Notes: generated by a model not told the origin, from the sequence alone. DNA of 64,000 bases from an uncultured Candidatus Rokubacteria bacterium (GCA_963771355.1 CAVYTA010000002.1:32001-96000); one strand, 5' to 3'; shown: positions 28,789-39,038, counted from the stretch's first letter. Numbers and translations: made by a program.

Positions 28789-30417
28789 TCAGGCGCCCAC
28801 GCTCGCATTGTGGAACCAGATTGCCGTCCGCCGGTCGTACTCGACACCCTGCACCCGCGGCGCTTGCGCATTCACGTACTCGGCGTCGAACAGCGGGACC
28901 AGCAGCGCCTCGCGCATGATGCGGCGCTGGATATCGCTGTAGATCTTCGCGCGCTTGGTGAGGTCCAGCGTGGAGGCGCCCTCGTCGAGCAGCGCGTCCA
29001 TGCTCGGCTCGTTGTACATGGACCAGTTCCAGTTGCCGATGTTGGTGGAGCGGAAGTGCAGGCGGAGGAATTCGGGGTCCGCGGTCAGCCAGAACTTGAG
29101 CCCGAGGTTGTGCTCGCCCTTGTTGGCGTCGGAGAACATCCGGGCGCGCTCGAGCAGGCGCAGATCTACCTGGATCCCCACCGCCTGCAGCTGCGTCTGC
29201 ACCATGGTGGCGGTGGAGTCGTAGCCGCCCGCCGCGATGACCTGGAAGATCACCCGGAGCTTCTTGCCGTCCTTCTCACGGGTACCGTCCGCGCCCATCT
29301 TCCAGCCCGCCTCCTCGAGCAGCCGCTTGGCGCGGGCGGGATCGTGCTTGTACATCGTCTCCACCGCCGGATCGTAGCCGAAGGTGGCGCGGGTGAGGGG
29401 GCCGTAGGCGGGCTTGCCGATGCCGAAGAACAGCGTGTCCACGATGGCCTGCTGGTCCACCGCGTGGATGATGGCCTGGCGGACGCGCAGGTCGTCAGTG
29501 GGCGCCTTCTTCACGTTCAGGTTGATATGCCAGGGCGCGCCGGTCTGGAGCACGCGCGAGATCCGGTACTTGCCGGACTTCTGGAGCCGGCCGACCTCCT
29601 GGGCCGGCACGTTCTCAATCACGTCCGCCTCATCGCGCTCCAGCGCGCTCACCCGCGTGGCCTCCTCGGAAATGAACCGGATGAGGATGTTCGGCACCGG
29701 GGCCTTGCCGGTGGGCGGCAGGCCGGCCGGCGACCAGGCATAGGCGCCGTTCCGGACGAGGGCGAGCCGATCCTGGCGCACCCACTCCTTGAACACGTAG
29801 GGCCCGCTGCCCACCGGGCCCACCGCGAACTGGGCGCCGAGCTTCTGGACCGCGGCCGGCGACACCATGCCGGTGAACCCGTGGGCGAGGCCGGCCAGGA
29901 ACGGGGCGTACGGGTTCTTGGTCTTCACGCGCACGGTGGTCGGGTCCACCACCTCCGCCGACTCGTACTCCGCGATCTGGCCGAGGCCCGCGTTCTTCAG
30001 CTCGACGATACGGTCGAGGTTGAACTTCACCGCGGCGGCATCGAAGGGAGTGCCGTCGTGGAAGACGACGCCGGGACGAAGCTTGAAGGTCCACAGCCGT
30101 CCGTCGCGCGAGTTCGTCCACTGCGTAGCGAGCCCCGGGCCCACGGTGCCCTTGCCGTCCTGCCAGGTGAGCGTGTCGCACATGGCGAGCACGGACCGGA
30201 ACGACCAGATGGAGCCGGTGGCATGCGGATCCAGCGAGGGCGGCTCCGACGCGAAGGCGTAGCGCAGGGTGTCGGCGGGGGCGGCGGCCGCCACCCGGCG
30301 CACCGCCGGACCCACGGACGGGCCCAGCGCGACCCCCGCCCCCGCGCCTAGCGCGCCCTGGAGGAACCGCCGCCGGCTCACCTTGCCCGCTCGCCCCGTC
30401 CGCTCATGCTGTCTCAT
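28789..30417 (-). CDS. Peptide ABC transporter substrate-binding protein with Tat signal
   Basis: SRRRFLQ Tat motif, SLDPH, FKLRPGVVFHDGTPFDAAAVKFN, PVGSGPY, DLRVRQAI. Confidence 0.92.
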   Translation of the reverse strand: MRQHERTGRAGKVSRRRFLQGALGAGAGVALGPSVGPAVRRVAAAAPADTLRYAFASEPPSLDPHATGSIWSFRSVLAMCDTLTWQDGKGTVGPGLATQWTNSRDGRLWTFKLRPGVVFHDGTPFDAAAVKFNLDRIVELKNAGLGQIAEYESAEVVDPTTVRVKTKNPYAPFLAGLAHGFTGMVSPAAVQKLGAQFAVGPVGSGPYVFKEWVRQDRLALVRNGAYAWSPAGLPPTGKAPVPNILIRFISEEATRVSALERDEADVIENVPAQEVGRLQKSGKYRISRVLQTGAPWHINLNVKKAPTDDLRVRQAIIHAVDQQAIVDTLFFGIGKPAYGPLTRATFGYDPAVETMYKHDPARAKRLLEEAGWKMGADGTREKDGKKLRVIFQVIAAGGYDSTATMVQTQLQAVGIQVDLRLLERARMFSDANKGEHNLGLKFWLTADPEFLRLHFRSTNIGNWNWSMYNEPSMDALLDEGASTLDLTKRAKIYSDIQRRIMREALLVPLFDAEYVNAQAPRVQGVEYDRRTAIWFHNASVGA

Positions 30418-30455
30418 CGTCGCTCTCCTGGAGGTTTCGGCTCGCGCCGCTGGGT

Positions 30456-31628
30456 TCACTTCCGAACGATGTCCGCGCGTCGGCCGAGCGCCTGGATCAG
30501 GCGCGCGTAGATGTCGCGGGCCTTCACGAGCTCCCCGACCCCGATGTGCTCGATGGGACTGTGGGCCAGCTCGATCCGGCCGGGTCCGCACCCCAGCACC
30601 GGGATGCCGAACTGATTCCAGAGATAGGTGCCGTCCGTCCCGGCGGTATAGCACTGCCGCCGCGGCGTCCGACCGATCACCGCCTTCACCACCTCGGCGA
30701 GGGCTTCGACCGCCGCATGGTCGGCCGGCATCAGGTAGGACGGCATCACGAGACGCCGGCGCAGCTCGTACTGGAAGTCGGGGACGGTGGCCGCCAGCCG
30801 CTCGAGAAGCCGGCGCACGTCCGCCTCGGGGCGCTCGTGCGATTCGCCCGGCAGGAACCGCACGTCGAAGTGGAGGCGGCAGCGGTAGGGAATCACCGCC
30901 AGCCGACCCGGCGAGACGGTGATATTGGTGATGGCCGACGTGCACCGGCCGGCCAGCGGGTGCTCCGGCATGGGCAGCTCGGGCCAGGCATTGAGAAACG
31001 CATTCATGAGGAGGAGCGCGCTGGTCCCCGTGTGCGGGATGCTGCTGTGCGCGGTGCGGCCACGCGTCTCCAGCTCGAACTCCACCTTGCCGCGGTGGCC
31101 GAGACAGATCTCGAAGTTGGTGGGCTCCGCGAGCACGGCGAGGTCGGGCGCGTGCGGGAGCGCGGGCGTGACCTGCCGCGTCCCCACGCCCTCACCCGGC
31201 TCCTCCTCGACGACCGCGGTGAGCACCAGACGCCCCGCGAAGCCTTCCGCCCGCGCGGTGGCCGCGGCGGCGACGAGCGCCGCCACCGGCCCCTTCATGT
31301 CGGACGACCCACGGCCCCAGAGCACGGGGCCGGGCGACCCCCACCGGGTGCCATCGACCAGCTCGCCGCTCCACGGATCGTCCATCGCGCCCGCGTCCAC
31401 GACGTCCAGGTGCCCGTTGAGCAGGATGGTCGGCCCGGGGCGATCCCCCGTCAGCTCCGCGATCACATTGCCGTGGCGGTCCACGCGCACCTCGTCGAAG
31501 ACGGGCTTGATCCGGTCGGCCAGATACTCGGCGACCGCGCGCTCGTCACCGCTGACACTGGGGATGCGCACCAGCGCCTGCGCGAGCTCGATCATCTCCA
31601 CGTCAGTCATCGCGGTGTCTTCGTGCAT
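30456..31628 (-). CDS. M20 family metallopeptidase/deacylase (ArgE/DapE/YgeY-like)
   Basis: NGHLDVV, GRGSSDMKG, VEEE, AEPT, GRTAHSS, AHSPIEH. Confidence 0.9.
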   Translation of the reverse strand: MHEDTAMTDVEMIELAQALVRIPSVSGDERAVAEYLADRIKPVFDEVRVDRHGNVIAELTGDRPGPTILLNGHLDVVDAGAMDDPWSGELVDGTRWGSPGPVLWGRGSSDMKGPVAALVAAAATARAEGFAGRLVLTAVVEEEPGEGVGTRQVTPALPHAPDLAVLAEPTNFEICLGHRGKVEFELETRGRTAHSSIPHTGTSALLLMNAFLNAWPELPMPEHPLAGRCTSAITNITVSPGRLAVIPYRCRLHFDVRFLPGESHERPEADVRRLLERLAATVPDFQYELRRRLVMPSYLMPADHAAVEALAEVVKAVIGRTPRRQCYTAGTDGTYLWNQFGIPVLGCGPGRIELAHSPIEHIGVGELVKARDIYARLIQALGRRADIVRK

Positions 31629-31721
31629 TCATCCTTGCGAACGCCGCGCGGCGTTCGCGCGGTGATGGTAACACTGGGCGGAAACTGGCTCCGCGTGTCC
31701 CGATCGTGTAGAAGAGGGCGC

Positions 31722-32885
31722 GTGAGGATCGCCATCGTGGGGGGCGGGCCGGCGGGACTTTACCTGGCCCTCCTCCTCAAGCGGGCCGACCCGCGGCATG
31801 ACGTGCACGTGGTCGAGCAGAATCCCGCCGGCGCGACGTATGGCTGGGGCGTGGTCTTCTCCGACCGCGCCCTGGGATTTCTCGCCGAGGCGGATCCCGA
31901 ATCCTACGCCGACCTCGCGCCCCGGCTCGAGACGTGGGGCGAGCAGGCCATCGTCCACCGCGGAGTGACGGTGCGCGTCGACGGCCTCGGCTTCTCCGGC
32001 ATCGCGCGGCTGGCCCTCCTCGGCGTGCTCCAGGCGCATTGCCGCCGGCGGGGGGTGCGCCTCGAGCTCGGCACGCGCTGCGCCGATCCCGACGCGCTGG
32101 CGGACGCCGATCTCCTGGTGGGCGCCGACGGCGCCGGCAGCGTGGTGCGCGAGCGCCATCGCGTGCGCTTCGAGCCCCGGGTGGAGACGCTCTCGAACCG
32201 TTATATCTGGTACGGCACCGCCCAGCCCTTCGACTGCCTCACGCTGACGTTCAGGGAAGCGGTGGCTGGTGCTTTCGTCGCCCACCACTATCGCCACGCG
32301 CCCGACGCCAGCACCTTCGTGGTGGAGTGCGATGCCGACACGTGGGAGCGGGCGGGCTTCGCCGGAATGTCGGAGGAGGCGACGCGGCGCTACTGCGAGG
32401 AGGTCTTCGCTCCCGAGCTGGGCGGGCATCCCCTCCTCTCGAACCGCTCCGCCTGGCTCTCCTTCCGCAACGTCACCTGCCGCCACTGGCAGGGCGACCG
32501 CGTGGCGCTGCTGGGAGACGCGCTCCGCACCGTGCATTTCTCCATCGGCTCGGGCACCCGCACCGCGCTCGAGGACGCCATCGCGCTGGCGCGCGCGCTC
32601 GCCGAAGCGGGCGCGGGCCCCCCGCGCGAGTCGATTCCCCGCGCGCTCGCCGCCTTCGAGGCCGCGCGCCGGCCGGCGGCGGAGCGGCTCCTCGAGGTGG
32701 CGCGGCAGAGCGGGATCTGGTACGAGCGCTTCCGCGACGCCCTGCCGCTCGATCCCCTGCCCTTCGCGCACGCCTATCTCACGCGCGGCGGCCGCATCGC
32801 GGCGGAGCGGCTGCGCGAGCGCTCGCCGCGCTTCGCCGCCGCGCTGGAGGCCTATCGGGCGGCTCGCCGCGAGGGCCCTCGATGA
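31722..32885 (+). CDS. FAD-dependent monooxygenase resembling the N-terminal domain of salicylyl-CoA 5-hydroxylase
   Basis: GGGPAGLY, TYGWGVVFS, GADG, LLGDALRTVHFSIGSGTRTALEDA. Confidence 0.85.
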   Translation: MRIAIVGGGPAGLYLALLLKRADPRHDVHVVEQNPAGATYGWGVVFSDRALGFLAEADPESYADLAPRLETWGEQAIVHRGVTVRVDGLGFSGIARLALLGVLQAHCRRRGVRLELGTRCADPDALADADLLVGADGAGSVVRERHRVRFEPRVETLSNRYIWYGTAQPFDCLTLTFREAVAGAFVAHHYRHAPDASTFVVECDADTWERAGFAGMSEEATRRYCEEVFAPELGGHPLLSNRSAWLSFRNVTCRHWQGDRVALLGDALRTVHFSIGSGTRTALEDAIALARALAEAGAGPPRESIPRALAAFEAARRPAAERLLEVARQSGIWYERFRDALPLDPLPFAHAYLTRGGRIAAERLRERSPRFAAALEAYRAARREGPR

Positions 32886-34045
32886 GGCGGTTTCCCGCCG
32901 GCGGTTACCTCCTCGGCTACCTCCTCGTCGTCACCGCCGTCATCACGCTCGCCCCGTTCCGTTTCGCGGGGCCCGTCGAGCCCCGGCTCGCCTGGCTGGT
33001 GAACCCAGGCGACGTGGTGGCCAATGTCCTGCTCTTCGTTCCCCTGGGGTTTCTCTACCGCATCTCGGCGCACCCGGCCGCCCGACCCAGCCACTGGCCC
33101 ACCATCGGCGCCGCGCTCCTCGTCAGCGCCACGCTGGAGACGCTCCAGATCTTCCTGCCCGGCCGTTATCCGAGCCCGGTGGACGTGCTGTCCAATACCC
33201 TCGGGGCCGGGCTCGGCTCGTGGCTCCACGCGCGCATCGCCGCGCATCTCGACGGCCGGCTCGTGCGCGGCCTCGCGCTGGAATTGCCGCTCATGAACGT
33301 GGTCTATCTCCTGGTGCCGCTCCTCTGGCTGGACGGCTTCGCGGCCGGGCCCGACGCGCGGCGGCTCGTGCTCTCGCCGCTCCTGGGCCTGGCCGGCGCC
33401 ATCGTGCTGGCCGCGGTCTGGCGCCATCGGCTGGCCGAGCGCGGCGTGCTGTCGCCGCCGCGGCTGGCCTGGCTGGCCGCGGGCTGGTACGTGGTCGGCG
33501 CCGCGCCCGGCTTGATCCGGCGGCCCCTCCTCGTCCTCGGCGGCGCGGGGCTCGTCGCGGTGGTCGCATGGCTGGAGGCCGCCCGCGCCACCCCGCTCGC
33601 CCCCGAGCGCCGCTTCGAGCTGCCCACGCTCCGGCGCGTCTGGCCCCTGCTGGTGGGCTATCTCATCGTGAGCGCGTTGTGGCCGCTGCCCTGGACGCCG
33701 GGGTCGTGGCGCGTGGGCTGGGGTCTCGCCGGCATCGCCGACATGCCCGGAATCGTCCCCATGCTGCGCGCGCTGGAGTATCTGGGCGCCTTCACCCTGC
33801 TCGGGTACACCGTGGCGGAGTCGCGCGGGCGGCGCGAGGAGCGCGCGGGCCATCGCCTGGCCCGGCTGGCCATCGCATGCTTCGTCGCCACCGCGGTGCT
33901 GGAATTGCTCCGCGGGTTCCATCCTGCGCACGGCGCCAGTGTGCTCGTCCTCCTCTTCACCGGCGTGGTGGGCCTCTATGGTGGGCTCCTCTACCGGATG
34001 CAGCTCCGGGTGGTGCGCGAGGCGGCGGCCACGCGCGCCCCTTGA
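32882..34045 (+). CDS. VanZ-domain multi-pass membrane protein
   Basis: DVVANVLLFVPLGF, ETLQIFLPGRYPSPVDVLSNTLGA; many TM segments. Confidence 0.8.
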   Translation: MRRFPAGGYLLGYLLVVTAVITLAPFRFAGPVEPRLAWLVNPGDVVANVLLFVPLGFLYRISAHPAARPSHWPTIGAALLVSATLETLQIFLPGRYPSPVDVLSNTLGAGLGSWLHARIAAHLDGRLVRGLALELPLMNVVYLLVPLLWLDGFAAGPDARRLVLSPLLGLAGAIVLAAVWRHRLAERGVLSPPRLAWLAAGWYVVGAAPGLIRRPLLVLGGAGLVAVVAWLEAARATPLAPERRFELPTLRRVWPLLVGYLIVSALWPLPWTPGSWRVGWGLAGIADMPGIVPMLRALEYLGAFTLLGYTVAESRGRREERAGHRLARLAIACFVATAVLELLRGFHPAHGASVLVLLFTGVVGLYGGLLYRMQLRVVREAAATRAP

Positions 34046-34091
34046 TCGAGTGAAGGCGCGAGGGTATACCGGAGACGGAGGACTCGCCGCC

Positions 34092-34529
34092 ATGTTCACA
34101 CCCACGAAACCGATCGGCCAGCTCGTGGCCGAGGCCAAGCAGCGCATCGAGAACGTCACCGTCGATCAGCTCAAGGCGGAGCTCGCGGGCGGCGGCATCC
34201 AGCTGCTCGACATCCGGGACGTGCGCGAGCGCCAGAAGCTCGGCTGGATCCCGGGCTCCCTGCATGTGCCGCGGGGCATGCTGGAATTCTGGCTCGACCC
34301 CACCTCGCCCTACTACAGCGGCAAGGTGGACCCGGAGAAGCGTATCGTGCTGTACTGCGCGGGCGGCGGCCGCTCGGTGCTGGCCACCGACGTGTTGCGC
34401 GAGATGGGCTTCCCCCACGTGGCCAACTTCGAGACCGGCTTTAATTCCTGGAAGGCGGCGGGGCTTCCCATCGAGGGCGCGCCCGCCGACGCGCCGAAGG
34501 AAGCCGCGCCGGGCTGGTCGTCGCGGTGA
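34092..34529 (+). CDS. Rhodanese-like domain protein
   Basis: LLDIRD, IPGSLHVPRGMLEFW, YCAGGGRS active loop. GGAGG RBS. Confidence 0.9.
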   Translation: MFTPTKPIGQLVAEAKQRIENVTVDQLKAELAGGGIQLLDIRDVRERQKLGWIPGSLHVPRGMLEFWLDPTSPYYSGKVDPEKRIVLYCAGGGRSVLATDVLREMGFPHVANFETGFNSWKAAGLPIEGAPADAPKEAAPGWSSR

Positions 34530-35941
34530 GCGACGAGCGGCTCGCCTTCCTCTCCGTCGCCGAGCTGGGCCGGCTCATCCGGACCCGCGAGGTCTCGCCG
34601 GTCGAGGTGATCGAGACGCAGCTCGGGCGCATCGAGCGGCTGAACCCGCGGCTCGGCGCCTACGTCACGGTGGCCGCCGCGGAGGCGCGCGCGGCGGCGC
34701 GGGAGGCGGAGGCCGAGATCGCCCGCGGCGGCTGGCGCGGGCCGCTGCACGGCGTGCCCGTGGGCGTCAAAGACATCTTCGACACCGCGGGCATCCGGAC
34801 CACTCATGGCTCGTCTTTCTACCGCGATCATGTCCCCGCGGAAGACGCGGAGTCCATCCGGCGGCTCAAGACCGCGGGCGCGATCGTGGTGGGGAAGTGC
34901 AACACGCACGAGTTCGCGGCGGGCTCCACCACCAACAATCCCTGGTACGGTCCGTCCCGGAACCCGTGGGATCTCGCGCGCTCCCCGGGCGGCTCCAGCG
35001 GCGGCTCCGGCGCCGCGGTGGCGGCCTTTCTCTGCGCGGCGGCCACCGGCACCGACACCGGCGGCTCCATCCGGAGCCCCGCCGCCTGCTGCGGCGTGGT
35101 GGGGCTCAAGCCCACCTATGGCCGCGTGAGCCAGCGGGGCATCTATCCCAACGCGGTGAGCCTGGACCACCCGGGACCGATCGCGCGGAGCGCGCGCGAC
35201 GCGGGGCTGCTGCTTCAGGGCATGGCGGGCTTCGACGCGCAGGATCCCACCACCGAGGACGTGCCGGTGCCCGACTTCACCGCGGGGATCGAGGCCGGCG
35301 TGAGCGGGCTGCGGCTGGCCCTCTGTCCCGACCTCCACTACGGCGAGCTCGACTCGGCGGTGGCGACGGCGATGGAGGCGGCGGTGAAGACGCTGGCCGG
35401 CCTCGGTGCGCGCATCGAGACGGTGGCCTTCCCGCTGCGCGAGGCGCTGCAGTTCGCGCGCAAGGCCATCGCCCAGGCCGAGTTCCTCGCGCTCCACCGC
35501 GAGCGGCTCGCGGCCACCCCCGAGGGCTATGGCGCCGACGTGCGCGAGCGCCTCCGGGAGGCCGCCGCCACCACGCTGGACGACTACGTGCGCGCCTGCC
35601 GCGAGCGCGAGCGCGTGCGCCGCGCGATGGACGGGCTCCTCGCCGAGGTGGACGGGCTGATCCTGCCCGTCTCGCCCTGCGAGGCGCCGCTCCTCGCCAC
35701 CGGCACCTCGCGCATCAATGGCCGGGAGGTCACCTTCGGCGCGGTGGGCGTGCCCATGCGCGGCCCCCTCAACGTGCTGGGCCTGCCCGGGGTGGCGGTG
35801 CCCACGGGCTGGGCGCCCAGCGGGCTGCCGCTGTCGCTGCAGATCGTGGGCCCGCGCTGGGGCGAGGCCAAGGCGCTGCGCATCGCGCATGCGTTCGAGG
35901 AGGCCACCCCCGCCCTCCGCGACCGCCGCCCGCCGGAGTAG
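34526..35941 (+). CDS. Amidase-signature family protein
   Basis: GPLHGVPVGVKD, PGGSSGGS, GTDTGGSIRSPAACCG, GLKPTYGRVS. Confidence 0.93.
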   Translation: MSDERLAFLSVAELGRLIRTREVSPVEVIETQLGRIERLNPRLGAYVTVAAAEARAAAREAEAEIARGGWRGPLHGVPVGVKDIFDTAGIRTTHGSSFYRDHVPAEDAESIRRLKTAGAIVVGKCNTHEFAAGSTTNNPWYGPSRNPWDLARSPGGSSGGSGAAVAAFLCAAATGTDTGGSIRSPAACCGVVGLKPTYGRVSQRGIYPNAVSLDHPGPIARSARDAGLLLQGMAGFDAQDPTTEDVPVPDFTAGIEAGVSGLRLALCPDLHYGELDSAVATAMEAAVKTLAGLGARIETVAFPLREALQFARKAIAQAEFLALHRERLAATPEGYGADVRERLREAAATTLDDYVRACRERERVRRAMDGLLAEVDGLILPVSPCEAPLLATGTSRINGREVTFGAVGVPMRGPLNVLGLPGVAVPTGWAPSGLPLSLQIVGPRWGEAKALRIAHAFEEATPALRDRRPPE

Positions 35942-36006
35942 CGGGGAGCGGGATCGTGCAGAGTCACTCTGCGGGACCCGTCGCGCCCGCGCCCGGAGGT
36001 TACGTC

Positions 36007-36129
36007 ATGCATCTCCTGACCAGGCTGTTCAACTACTTCAGAGCGGACGGGATTCATCCGTGGGCCCTCGATGATGAGACCGGTCACCTGACGCGATCGC
36101 GACATCGCCGGCCGTGGCGCATGAGGTGA
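36007..36129 (+). CDS. Putative 40-aa small protein
   Basis: GGAGGT RBS 6 nt before ATG; MHLLTRLFNYFRADGIHPWALDDETGHLTRSRHRRPWRMR. Confidence 0.4.
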   Translation: MHLLTRLFNYFRADGIHPWALDDETGHLTRSRHRRPWRMR

Positions 36130-36131
36130 CC

Positions 36132-36700
36132 ATGGCCTTCGATGTCATCACGATCAACCCCTATTCGCTTTTGGATATCGTTGCTCTTGCGTTCGCGGCG
36201 CCCCTCGCCGTCGCGATCTACGGGGTCATGGAAGGTAACGGACGACGTGTGGACTCGCCTTCGCTCACCTACTCGCGTGCACCGCCATGGTCGCCTTTGC
36301 CGACCTGATGATCGTCAACGCGACCGCGCCGTCAAGGCTCTCGTGTGGCGCGTGGAATATACGTCGTCGGAGCGATATCACTTCCCCTGGTCATCCACTT
36401 CGTCTATGCCTTCGTAGACCACTACGCCAACGCGGGCGCCCGGGTGCTTGCTGCTTTCTGGGTCCTTGCCGGCATCCTGATCGTACTCATAAGTCGCCTC
36501 TGTTCATACTTGTCTCCACGCGCGAGCGCGGCGCCGTGAGCTGGCGGAATGTCGCACCATACGTGCCGGATCTTGGCCCCCTTGCGGCGGTGTTTCTTCT
36601 TTTCTGGCTTTTCGTCATGACCTACGCCCTCGTGGCACTGTGGCGCCATCAGCGAACGCTACCGCCGACGGCGCGACCTCAACGCCGCCAACGCGGTTGA
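36132..36700 (+). pseudogene. Fragmented multi-TM membrane protein, possibly a 7TM sensor N-terminal domain
   Basis: Hydrophobic segments spread across frames: YSLLDIVALAFAAPLAVAIY, IYVVGAISLPLVIHFVYAF, LGPLAAVFLLFWLFVMTYALVALW. Confidence 0.4.
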
Positions 36701-37390
36701 GAATCTGGGGCTGTTCTACGTGGTTCTCCTCTCCTCGAAGTGCCTGAGCGATGCATGATGTGCTCGTCCCGATCTCATCGGCTCGGGAATCATGGCAAGC
36801 GCGGACGGGCATGGTCGCTTCATCGAGGATCGTCAAGGGGCGGCTGCTGAATGCCCTACCGAGCTACGTGGCACCGTAGTCAGGCGGTCATTCCCAGGAA
36901 GGCATGCACCTCGCCGGAGTGACCCGAAACCTCGGCTGCGTGTTCGCGGAAACATTCAGAGACTGCACCGAAGGTCCAAGCGGTTGCGACTCGCTCTCCT
37001 TCGTCAGGTTCTATCGGTTTCCCGGCGAGGCGCGGTCCTGTCCGAGCCGAAGATCTTCGAGGACATCGCATTCGATGCCGCACCTGAGCTCCAGAATAGC
37101 CGGCAGCTCCGCTTCGAGATCATGCGCGACGGCCAATTGCGAGGCGTCTGTTTCTTCATCCGGCTTCACCTCGACGAGACGAATTGTGTCGACACCTGGA
37201 AGCACCGCACGAACACTGGTCCATTCCCTACGTCAGGTTGAAAACGGCGACGTCGGTGAAAAAGGGCGATCTCGTCGAGGTCAGCGTGCGCGCGGACATC
37301 TCGGGCAATCCGACGTACTCTCTCCGACTGACCCACACGAGGGGGACCACGACCCGAGAGATCGGGACGGATTCGTGGTCAGGATCCTAG
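36690..37390 (+). pseudogene. Fragmented PRMT-like SAM-dependent methyltransferase, C-terminal part
   Basis: Joined frames give VLSEPKIFEDIAF...FEIMRDGQLRGVCFFIRLHLDE...DTWKHRTN(W)SIPYVRL...VKKGDLVEV, reminiscent of the PRMT beta-barrel and THW loop. Confidence 0.4.
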
Positions 37391-37448
37391 CCGGGTTACT
37401 CGGCGACGGCGTCATCGGCAACCTGGGACCAGGATCCCCCACGGAACG

Positions 37449-37736
37449 CTAGATCTCGGTGAGGCGGGCGACGTCCGCGCGCCCGTCCATGTACTCGCCC
37501 ATCTGGCGGCCGAGCGCCTTGAAGTAGTCGGTGGCCCGGTGGGCTTCCACCGCCGCCTGATCCACGTAGCGCTCCATGAAGACGTAGGTGCCCGCGGCCT
37601 CGTTCTTGTGGAGCGCGTAGAGCTTGCAGCCGGGCTCGCCGGCATTGACCTTGGCCACGAGCTCCTTGGCCACGGCCTCGAACTCCTTCTCCATCCCGGG
37701 CTTCACCTTGATCGTTGCGACGACGCCGAGCATCAC
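37449..37736 (-). CDS. Antibiotic biosynthesis monooxygenase (ABM) family protein
   Basis: VATIKVKPG, EPGCKLYAL, YVFMERYVDQAAVEAH. Confidence 0.88.
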   Translation of the reverse strand: MMLGVVATIKVKPGMEKEFEAVAKELVAKVNAGEPGCKLYALHKNEAAGTYVFMERYVDQAAVEAHRATDYFKALGRQMGEYMDGRADVARLTEI

Positions 37737-38242
37737 GGTCTCCGTTCCGGGCCCGCGGGGGCCCCCTGGGTAGTGGACACCTGCTGCACGTAGTTCCGAA
37801 AGGTGATGGGATCGCGCACGCGCCGGAACACCTCGCGGGTGCCGCCGGTGCCGATCACGGTGAGGTCGCCATAGTCGAGGATGCGGCCGGTCAGGCTCTG
37901 CTGGACCGCGATGGACTCGACCTTGCTCAGGAGGAGCTCGGTGGTATAGCGCGCCACCAGCCCCACCTTGAAGATGACGCGGGTGGTGGTCACCGCGAAC
38001 TCGCTGGTGCGGAGCTCCACCCAGTGGACGAAGCCCCAGAAGAGGCCGATGGCCATGATGCCGAGCCCGATCCAGCCGGCCCAGCGCGCGGCCTCCGGCT
38101 GCGCTTCCATGTAGCGAACGGCGACGGTGAGGCCGGCCCCGATCAGGAAGACCAGCGCGGGCCGGGCGAACAGCACCCAGTGCAGGCGCGTCTTGTAGAG
38201 CACGCGCTCGCCGGGCAGGAGGTGCCGCTCGACATAGCCCAT
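37733..38242 (-). CDS. Bacterial PH-domain membrane protein
   Basis: LLPGERVLYKTRLHW, two TM helices, EFAVTTTRVIFKVG, KVESIAVQQSLTGRILDYG. Confidence 0.85.
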   Translation of the reverse strand: MGYVERHLLPGERVLYKTRLHWVLFARPALVFLIGAGLTVAVRYMEAQPEAARWAGWIGLGIMAIGLFWGFVHWVELRTSEFAVTTTRVIFKVGLVARYTTELLLSKVESIAVQQSLTGRILDYGDLTVIGTGGTREVFRRVRDPITFRNYVQQVSTTQGAPAGPERRP

Positions 38243-38261
38243 CGGCTCAGTGGCCCATGGG

Positions 38262-39038
38262 CTAGAAGAGGACGTACCCGCCGTCGAGGACGAGCGTGTC
38301 GCCGGTGTGGTAGGCGGAGAGGTCGCTGGCCAGGTACACCGCGATGCCGCTGAAGTCTTCGCCCACGCCCCAGCGGCGGAGCGGCACTCGCGGCAGCACC
38401 TTCTGGGTGAAGGCCTCGCCGTGCAGGGCCACTTCCGTCATCGGGGTGTCGATCCAGCCCGGCACGATGGCGTTCACCCGCACCTGGTGCCGCGCCAGCT
38501 CCACCGCGAGGGCCCGCATGAGCGAGATCACCGCGCCCTTGGTGGCGGCGTAGTGCTGGCTGCGCGGGGCCCCCATCATGGCGGAGAGCGACGAGGTGAC
38601 GGCGAGCGAGCCACCGCCGCCGCGCTCGATCATGTGACGCGCGGCGGTGCGCAGGGTGAAGAAGGCCCCGTCGAGGTTGACGCTCATCACGCGGCGCCAC
38701 TCCGCGGTGGCCATGTTGGCGAAGCCGGCCGCGCCGCCGCGCCCGCTCACGCCGGCATTGGCGAAGCAGGAGTCCACGCGGCCGAAGGCGCTCACGGTGT
38801 CCGCGAAGGCGCGCTCCACCGCGGCCTCGTCGGCTACGTCGCAGCGGAGCGCCATGGCCTTGCCGCCGTGTGATTGGAGCTGCTTCAACGCGGCCGCGTT
38901 CTTGTCCTCGTTGGTGCCCCACACGCAGACGGAGGCCCCGGCCCGGGCCAGTCCCTCGGCCATGCCGAGGCCGATGCCGCTATTGCCACCGGTCACGAGC
39001 GCCACCTTGCCGGTGAGATCGAATCCAGGATGCGCCAT
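38262..39038 (-). CDS. SDR family oxidoreductase
   Basis: TGGNSGIG, ANAG, YAATK, VNAIVPG, DGG. Confidence 0.93.
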   Translation of the reverse strand: MAHPGFDLTGKVALVTGGNSGIGLGMAEGLARAGASVCVWGTNEDKNAAALKQLQSHGGKAMALRCDVADEAAVERAFADTVSAFGRVDSCFANAGVSGRGGAAGFANMATAEWRRVMSVNLDGAFFTLRTAARHMIERGGGGSLAVTSSLSAMMGAPRSQHYAATKGAVISLMRALAVELARHQVRVNAIVPGWIDTPMTEVALHGEAFTQKVLPRVPLRRWGVGEDFSGIAVYLASDLSAYHTGDTLVLDGGYVLF

